Origin: Armatimonadota bacterium
GTDB lineage: Bacteria; Armatimonadota; UBA10988
Length of the DNA stretch: 11,756 nt
Direction of reading: 5' to 3'
NCBI GenBank assembly: GCA_016235455.1
Contig: JACRKZ010000084.1
Span: forward strand, 1 to 11,756
The first letter of the stretch is position 1, and each line of letters starts with the position of its first letter. The position numbers and the translations under genes are program-made. The notes under the pieces are model-generated. The model was not told where the DNA came from. It saw only the letters and a program-made list of their open reading frames with translations, and searched no databases. Positions 6,159-11,756 of this stretch are shown here, in pieces.

Positions 6159-9098
6159 GTGAAAGCCGATACCGCCCGCCATCTGCTGCACCATCTCCGC
6201 GACCGCCACAGCGAAGAGGCCGCCAAGCTGGTCCGCCGGGCGCAGGTGCAGATGGACTTCGCCCGCGGCCTGACCGACCTGCTCGAACGCGCCGACTGGC
6301 GCCCGCTACTGGACGAGGCCGAGGCCGTGCTGGCGGCGGTCGACCCGGCGGCAGGGCTCGGCGCGCTGGCCGCCGCGGTGGTGCAGGTCGAGGGTCTGCT
6401 GGGGCCGGTCGGCGAGGTGGCCAAGGGCTATCGGCTGTGGTTGGTGGGCCATGGCCATATCGACATGAACTGGATGTGGAGCTGGCCCGAGACCGTGGCC
6501 GCCACGCACGACACGCTGGCCTCGGTGCTCAGCCTGATGCGCGAGTACCCCGAGCTGACCTACGCCCAGAGCCAGGCCTCGGTCTACGCCATCATGCGCG
6601 ACTACTTCCCCGCGCTGTTCGACAAGATCGCCCAGCGCGTGCGCGAGGGCCGCTGGGAGGTGACCGCCAGTCAGTGGGTCGAGGGCGACAAGAACCTGGC
6701 CGCGGGCGAGTCGCTCTGCCGCCATCTGCTGCTCACCCGCCGGGCCATGGCCGACTGGTTCGGCCTGGTGCCCGAGGATGTGCCCATCGACTGGGAGCCG
6801 GACACCTTTGGCCATCCGCCCACGCTGCCGACCATCCTGGCCCAAGGCGGTGTGAAGTACTACTACTCCTGTCGCCAAGGCGGCGGGTTCGACCACGAGC
6901 GCGCGGGCGACGCTCGGCCGGCGCTGTACTGGTGGGAGGCACCCGACGGCGCGCGCATCCTGGTCAACCGCGAAACCACCTGGTACAACAGCTACGTCGA
7001 CATCGGCGAGAACTTGGCCATGCCGCTGCTGGCCTTCTCGCGCGAGACCGGACTGCGCGACTGGCTGCTCATCCACGGCATCGGCAACCACGGCGGCGGC
7101 CCGACGCGGCGCGAGCTCGACTACTTCCAGTGGCTGCGCGACCTGCCCATCTACCCCACCATGTGCTACGGCACCGTGGCCGGCTACTTCGCCCAGATCG
7201 CCGACCAGACCGGCGACCTGCCCGTTATCACCGGCGAGCTCAACTTCGAGTTCACCGGCTGCTACAGCTCGCAGAGCCTGATCAAGCAGGCCAACCGGCT
7301 GGGCGAGAACTACCTGCTGGAGACCGAGGCCCTGGCCGCCGTGACCCGGCGCCTGACCGGTGTCGAGGTCCCCGCCGGCCGCCTGAACGACGGCTGGACC
7401 CGCGTGCTGTTCAACCAGTTCCACGACATCCTGCCCGGCTCCGGCGTGCGCGAGACGCGCGAGCATGCGCTGGCCAACTTCCAGGAGGTCGGCGCCATCT
7501 GCGGCGCGGCCAAGCGTGTGGCCGGCACGACGCTGGCCGCGAGTCTCGACACCGCCGCGCTGCTGCCCGACACGGCCGACGCGCGCGAGGAGCGCGCGCT
7601 GCTGGCCGCGGGCTCGGCCAACACGCCGTTCGTGGCCGGCGCGGGCAGCGGCTCGGGCCTCACCGGCCTGTCGCGCGCGGCCAGTGGCGGCCGTCGGTTC
7701 GTGCCGTTCGTGGTCTACAACCCCAGCGCCTGGCCGCGCACGCAGCGCGTCAGCGTGTCGCTCTACGATGTCGATCTGGCGCCGGGCCGCATCGTCGCGC
7801 GCGACGAGGACGGCCACCAGCAGCCGACGCTGCTGGTCGAGAAGGCCCACGACTGGGGCCATGAGCGCACCACGGTGACCTTCGAGGCGCGTGATGTGCC
7901 GGGGCTGGGCTACCGCACCTACCTGTTGTGCGAAGGCGACGCCGACCCGCAGCCCGCGGGAGTGGTCTATGGCGGCGGCGACAGCTTCGAGACACCGTTC
8001 TACCGCGTGCGCGTCGGCCGGCACCACGGCGGCCTGATCGACCTGACCGACAAGCGCACCGGCGCCGTGTTCGGCGGATGGCGCGCCGAGACCGACCAGG
8101 TCGTCACCGGCCTGTGGGAGTCGATCCTCGAGAAGCCCTGGCTGATGACCGCCTGGGTGCTGGGTGAGGAGGACCGCGCCGCGGCCAGCATGCTGCGCGG
8201 CGGCGGGCTCGGCCTGCAGGGCATCAGCCGGCGCGACGGCACCTGGCAGCCGTCGGGCGCGTCCACGCCGGTGGCCCATGTCGACTGGCGCGGCGCCGTG
8301 CCGGGCACGAGCAGCAGCGTGCGGCTGACCTACCAGTTCGCCGCCACCCAACCGCGCATCGACGTCACCGCCGAGATCGACTGGCGCGAGATCGGCGACG
8401 GCTCGCGTGGCATCCCCGGCCTGATCGTCGGCTTCCCGTGCGAGTCGCTGGAAGACATCAGCACGCGCTGGGAAGTGCCCTTCGGCAGCATCGAGCGCGC
8501 CCTGTTCGACGGCCAGGAGGTGCCCACGCTGCGCTACGCCCACGTCGCCGGCCAAGCCTGGGGCCAGTATGCCGGGCTGACGCTGCTGCAGGACAGCCGC
8601 TACAGCCACGCCATGCGCGGCCACGAACTCCGTATGCGCGTGCTGCGCAGCTCGCTCGACCCCGACCACGCGCCGGAAGTGGCCAAGCAGACGCTACGCT
8701 ACTCGCTCTACCTGCACGACACGCCGCCCACGCCGACCGAGCTGGCGCGGCTCGGCGCCGACTGGAACCACCCGCTCATCGTCTTTCCGGCCAATCTGCA
8801 GGACGGCACCCGCCCGACGGTCCTTGAAGGCGCGCGAGTCACCACGCCCAACGTCGTGCTCACCGCGCTCAAGAAGCCCGAGGATGGCGACGGCCTGGTG
8901 CTGCGCCTGGTCGAACTCGATGGCCAGGCCACCGAGGCCGTCGTCGAGCTGTCGGCCGAGCTGGCCGCCGGCCTGCGCACCGCGCAGCGCATGGATGTGC
9001 TGGAGCGCGAGCTGATCGGCGGCGAGATCCGTTTCGATGGCCGGCGGCTGGTGGTGCCCATCACGGCGCACGGCCTGGTGACGGTGGGCCTGGTGTAG
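6159..9098 (+). CDS. Alpha-mannosidase, glycoside hydrolase family 38 (979 aa, probably cytoplasmic)
   Basis: GH38 motifs: Zn-binding GHGHIDMNWMW, YAQSQA, REGRWE..WVEGD.N..GESLCRH, nucleophile EPDTFGH, LPTIL, GNHGGGP, GELNFEFTGCYSSQ, LFNQFHDILPGS, and C-terminal WEVPFGSIER, LTALKKPEDGDGLVLRLVE. GTG start with SD AGGAG at 6145-6149; no signal peptide. Confidence 0.95.
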   Translation: MKADTARHLLHHLRDRHSEEAAKLVRRAQVQMDFARGLTDLLERADWRPLLDEAEAVLAAVDPAAGLGALAAAVVQVEGLLGPVGEVAKGYRLWLVGHGHIDMNWMWSWPETVAATHDTLASVLSLMREYPELTYAQSQASVYAIMRDYFPALFDKIAQRVREGRWEVTASQWVEGDKNLAAGESLCRHLLLTRRAMADWFGLVPEDVPIDWEPDTFGHPPTLPTILAQGGVKYYYSCRQGGGFDHERAGDARPALYWWEAPDGARILVNRETTWYNSYVDIGENLAMPLLAFSRETGLRDWLLIHGIGNHGGGPTRRELDYFQWLRDLPIYPTMCYGTVAGYFAQIADQTGDLPVITGELNFEFTGCYSSQSLIKQANRLGENYLLETEALAAVTRRLTGVEVPAGRLNDGWTRVLFNQFHDILPGSGVRETREHALANFQEVGAICGAAKRVAGTTLAASLDTAALLPDTADAREERALLAAGSANTPFVAGAGSGSGLTGLSRAASGGRRFVPFVVYNPSAWPRTQRVSVSLYDVDLAPGRIVARDEDGHQQPTLLVEKAHDWGHERTTVTFEARDVPGLGYRTYLLCEGDADPQPAGVVYGGGDSFETPFYRVRVGRHHGGLIDLTDKRTGAVFGGWRAETDQVVTGLWESILEKPWLMTAWVLGEEDRAAASMLRGGGLGLQGISRRDGTWQPSGASTPVAHVDWRGAVPGTSSSVRLTYQFAATQPRIDVTAEIDWREIGDGSRGIPGLIVGFPCESLEDISTRWEVPFGSIERALFDGQEVPTLRYAHVAGQAWGQYAGLTLLQDSRYSHAMRGHELRMRVLRSSLDPDHAPEVAKQTLRYSLYLHDTPPTPTELARLGADWNHPLIVFPANLQDGTRPTVLEGARVTTPNVVLTALKKPEDGDGLVLRLVELDGQATEAVVELSAELAAGLRTAQRMDVLERELIGGEIRFDGRRLVVPITAHGLVTVGLV

Positions 9099-9144
9099 GG
9101 CGGCTGCGTGGCTGGCTGGGCGATGGCGTCCTGCATCGCGCCGC

Positions 9145-9173
9145 TTGAACTCACCCCACCAACCGCGTATACT
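9145..9173 (+). promoter_or_regulatory. Sigma70-type promoter for the 9203 gene
   Basis: TTGAAC (9145-9150), exactly 17 nt, TATACT (9168-9173); SD GGAG at 9193-9196 and ATG at 9203. Confidence 0.7.
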
Positions 9174-9202
9174 CCGGGCAAAGGATTGCCCTGGAGCCCG
9201 AG

Positions 9203-11090
9203 ATGAGGACACTCGCTACCACGCTGGCCCTGGCTGTCGCCTGCTCCGCCGCCGATGCCGTCGTCCTGCGCACCGACACCGCGACGTTCGAGATCGACGC
9301 GACGGGCTCGTTGCGCGCCATTCGGCGCCACACCGACTGGACCAACCAGATCGCCAAGGGCCAGCCCTCGCCGCTGCTCCAGGTGCGCATCCGGGGCACG
9401 TGGCAGGCGCCACGGACAGCCGCGTGGGACCAGTCGGGCGGGCGCCTCACACTGCGCTACGCCGACAGCCTCAAGGTCGTGCTGCGGCTGACCGCCAAGC
9501 CCACGCACGTGGTCTTCGAGCTGCTCGACGCGCAGCCCCGCGGGATCGCCGAGCTGGTCTGGTGGGGGCCCTACCCGACCACGGTCGGCGAGTACCTGGC
9601 CGATGCCGTTCGGCAGCGTGTTGCAGGCCTTCTGTCGCGACCGCGGCAGCGACCGCGTGCTCAGCAACTGGGGCCACGACAAGTACCTGGCGCCGGCGCT
9701 GCACGATGGCGGCGTGATCGGCTCCAAGATCGCCTTGTTCGCCTGCACCGCCGCCGACGCGCTCACCACGCTCGGCGCCATCGAACAGGCCGAGGGCCTG
9801 CCGCACCCGACAGTCGACGGGGTCTGGGGCAAGACCTCGCCGACCGCCAACGCCTCATACCTGATCGTCGACTTTGGCGAGCAGAACATCGACCAGGCCA
9901 TCGCGCTGACCCGCCGTGCCGGGCTGCGCTACGTCTACCACAGCTCGCCGTTCGCCACTTGGGGGCATTTCCAACTGAAGCCCAACCTCTTCCCGCACGG
10001 CTGGGACGGCCTGCGCGAGTGCGTCGAGAAGGCGCGTGCCGCCGGCATCGGCGTCGGGTTCCACACGCTGTCCAACTTCATCACCACCAATGACCCGTAT
10101 GTCACCCCCAAGCCCGACCCGCGGCTGGCGCGCGTGGGCTCGGCCAAGCTGGTGGGCGCCGTGGACGCGCAGGCCAAGGAGATCGAGGTCGACGCGCCCG
10201 ACTACTTCCGCCGGTCCTCGGCGCTCAACACCGTGGTCGTTGGCGACGAGTTGGTGCGCTACGCGGCGGTCTCGGCGGCGGCGCCATGGCGGCTGACCGG
10301 TTGTGAGCGCGGTGCCTTCGGCACCAAGGCGGCGGCGCACGGCGCCGGTGCGGCCGCCGGGCGGCTCATGGATCACGACTACAAGGTCTTCCTGACCGAC
10401 GCCTCACTGTCGGTGGAGGTAGCTCGCAAGATCGCCGAACTGTGCAACCATGCGGGCATCCGCCAGATCTCGCTGGACGGGTTGGAGGGCAACTGGTCCA
10501 CGGGCCATGGGCAGTATGGCCGCGCGCTGTTCACCGACGCCTGGTACAACGCGCTGTCGCCCGAGCTCAAGGGGCAGGTGCGCAACGACGCGAGCAACCC
10601 CTGCCACTGGACCTGGCACATGGCCACCTACTACAACTGGGGCGAGCCCTGGTACGCCGGCTTCCGCGAGAGCCAGACGCTCTACCGCTTCAAGAACCAG
10701 ATGTTCTACACGCGCAACCTGCTGCCGCGCATGTTGGGCTGGTTTGCCCTGCGCGAGAACACAAGCCTGGCCGACGCCGAATGGCTGCTGGCGCGTGCCG
10801 CGGGCTACGGGGCGGGCTTTACACTGGCCATGAGCCCCGACAGTCTGGCCCAGCAGAGCGCCGCGAGCGGCACCGTGGCCGGCGCCAACAAGTCGGCCGG
10901 CGCCATCCTCGACGCTATCCGCGAGTGGGAGACGGCGCGCCTGGCAGGCGCCTTCCCGGCCGAGGTCAAGGCGCTGCTGCGCGACAACAAGCGCGAGTTC
11001 CATCTGGAGCGCGTGGGCGATGGGCAGTGGGACCTGTATCCGGTGGTCGCCGGCCAGCGCGGGACGGCGGTGCGCGTGGGTCGCCGGTAG
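9203..11090 (+). pseudogene. Frameshifted gene for a secreted glycoside-hydrolase-like protein (N-terminal part 9203..~9600; C-terminal part ~9597..11090 in another frame)
   Basis: The 9203 frame has promoter, SD, signal peptide (MRTLATTLALAVACSAADA|V) and G/C-ending codons up to WWGPYPTTVGEYLA, then decays into A/T-ending, Arg-rich codons (GTT CGG CAG CGT GTT GCA GGC CTT). The +1 frame (open from 9492) takes over at that point with G/C-ending codons and continues to TAG 11090. ATG 9603 lacks a convincing SD. May be a true pseudogene or a sequencing/assembly error. Confidence 0.75.
9603..11090 (+). CDS. C-terminal fragment of the split gene: putative TIM-barrel glycoside-hydrolase-like domain, family uncertain
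   Basis: 495-aa ORF with high GC3. NLFPHGWDGLRECVEKARAAGIGVGFH resembles the FPxGxxxLxxxxHxxGxKxGxW/H segment of GH27/GH36-like barrels, and ISLDGLEG lies where a catalytic Asp could be. Family assignment is inference. Confidence 0.65.
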   Translation: MPFGSVLQAFCRDRGSDRVLSNWGHDKYLAPALHDGGVIGSKIALFACTAADALTTLGAIEQAEGLPHPTVDGVWGKTSPTANASYLIVDFGEQNIDQAIALTRRAGLRYVYHSSPFATWGHFQLKPNLFPHGWDGLRECVEKARAAGIGVGFHTLSNFITTNDPYVTPKPDPRLARVGSAKLVGAVDAQAKEIEVDAPDYFRRSSALNTVVVGDELVRYAAVSAAAPWRLTGCERGAFGTKAAAHGAGAAAGRLMDHDYKVFLTDASLSVEVARKIAELCNHAGIRQISLDGLEGNWSTGHGQYGRALFTDAWYNALSPELKGQVRNDASNPCHWTWHMATYYNWGEPWYAGFRESQTLYRFKNQMFYTRNLLPRMLGWFALRENTSLADAEWLLARAAGYGAGFTLAMSPDSLAQQSAASGTVAGANKSAGAILDAIREWETARLAGAFPAEVKALLRDNKREFHLERVGDGQWDLYPVVAGQRGTAVRVGRR

Positions 11091-11118
11091 GACAGGCGAC
11101 GGCGACAGGCGCACACCG

Positions 11119-11756
11119 TCACCGTCGGTTGACCAGCCATACCCCGCCGATGACGACCGCGCCGCCCAGCAGTGCGGCCAGTGTCGGCTCCTCGCCGAGG
11201 ATCAGGTAGCCCATGATCACCGCGATCACGGGCACCAGGAACAGCAGGCTGGCCACGCGCGCCAGCGGCCGATGGGCGATGATGTAGGCGAACAGCGAGT
11301 AGCACAGCGCCGACGGCACCACGCCGAGCGCCACCACGGTCCAGGCAGCGCTCGGCGGCGCCGCGCGCCAGGCCGCGCCCAGGCCGCCGCCCGCGGGCAA
11401 CAAGGCCAGCGTTCCGGTCCAGATGGCCCAGGTGGTCAGATCCAAGGCACTGTAGCGCGACAGGTAGCGCTTGCTCAGCAGGTTGTAGCCCGTGGCCGAG
11501 AGCGCGCCGCCAAACAGTAGCAGCAGCCCGATCAGTTCGGCGCGCCCGCCGGCCTGGCCGGTGCCGATGATGAGCATGCCGCCAAAGGCCGTCACCACCC
11601 CGGCCCAACCGCGGTAGGTGAGCCGCTCGCCCAAGCGCAGCACCGCGCCCAGCGTGGTCAGCACAGGGATGCAGGCGACGATCATCGAGGCGGTGCCGGC
11701 GGGGATGATCTTCTCGCCGGCGTTGATGCACAGGCCGTACGTAGCGAAGCCCAGCG
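11119..11756 (-). CDS. EamA/DMT-family membrane transporter, partial (5' end outside the window)
   Basis: The frame is open to the window edge (LGFATYGLCINAGEKIIPAGTASMIVACIPVLTTLGAVLRLGERLT...). Multiple TM helices and EamA repeat signatures P....LGER and FLVPVIAVIMGYLILGEEPT...GGAVVIGGV. The 11685 start in the ORF track is an internal Met. Confidence 0.92.
   Translation of the reverse strand, partial: LGFATYGLCINAGEKIIPAGTASMIVACIPVLTTLGAVLRLGERLTYRGWAGVVTAFGGMLIIGTGQAGGRAELIGLLLLFGGALSATGYNLLSKRYLSRYSALDLTTWAIWTGTLALLPAGGGLGAAWRAAPPSAAWTVVALGVVPSALCYSLFAYIIAHRPLARVASLLFLVPVIAVIMGYLILGEEPTLAALLGGAVVIGGVWLVNRR

Noticed and set aside
4079-8669. Long antisense and alternate-frame ORFs (4079..6061, 6002..7864, 6306..8669; likewise 1099..2187, 2479..3882, 8708..9901)
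   Set aside because: Typical stop-poor shadow frames of high-GC3 genes; low-complexity Arg/Ala/Gly translations with no recognisable domains.
9120-9139. GCGATG-N8-CATCGC hairpin after GH38 as an intrinsic terminator
   Set aside because: Only 6 bp, large loop, no U-tract.
9563-9571. G5 run (TGGGGGCCC) as a phase-variation or slippage cause of the frameshift
   Set aside because: The run is short, and the first frame continues with good codons (PYPTTVGE) for about 25 nt beyond it, so the switch lies downstream.
9605-10093. C-terminal half of the 296-aa ORF 9203..10093 as real protein
   Set aside because: Out-of-frame read-through after the junction: many A/T-ending codons and Arg-rich sequence overlapping the true coding frame.
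11091-11111. Short repeat GACAGGC-GACGGC-GACAGGC between the convergent stop codons
   Set aside because: Too short and low-complexity to be significant; no terminator hairpin in this 28-bp gap.

Overview
GC-rich (roughly 70% by eye) bacterial chromosomal region dominated by secreted and carbohydrate-active genes; the gene mix resembles Armatimonadota/Planctomycetota-type glycan degraders (inference only). In order: a 3'-truncated SGNH/GDSL hydrolase on the minus strand (1..316, missing from the ORF track); a divergently transcribed 1050-aa lipoprotein of unknown function with four tandem ~100-aa Ig-like repeats; a secreted CBM4/9-like + DUF4091 (GH123-like) protein; a REP doublet (REPIN-like inverted repeat); a cytoplasmic GH38 alpha-mannosidase; a secreted glycoside-hydrolase-like gene broken by a frame switch near 9593-9604; and a convergent, 5'-truncated EamA/DMT transporter. 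I see no RNA genes, CRISPR array, transposase or defence system. The best leads are the frameshift/deletion junction, the uncharacterised repeat lipoprotein, the phage-tail-like module inserted in the broken hydrolase, the REPIN, and an inverted repeat over the promoter/RBS at 9172-9196. None of these is by itself proof of a new biological system.
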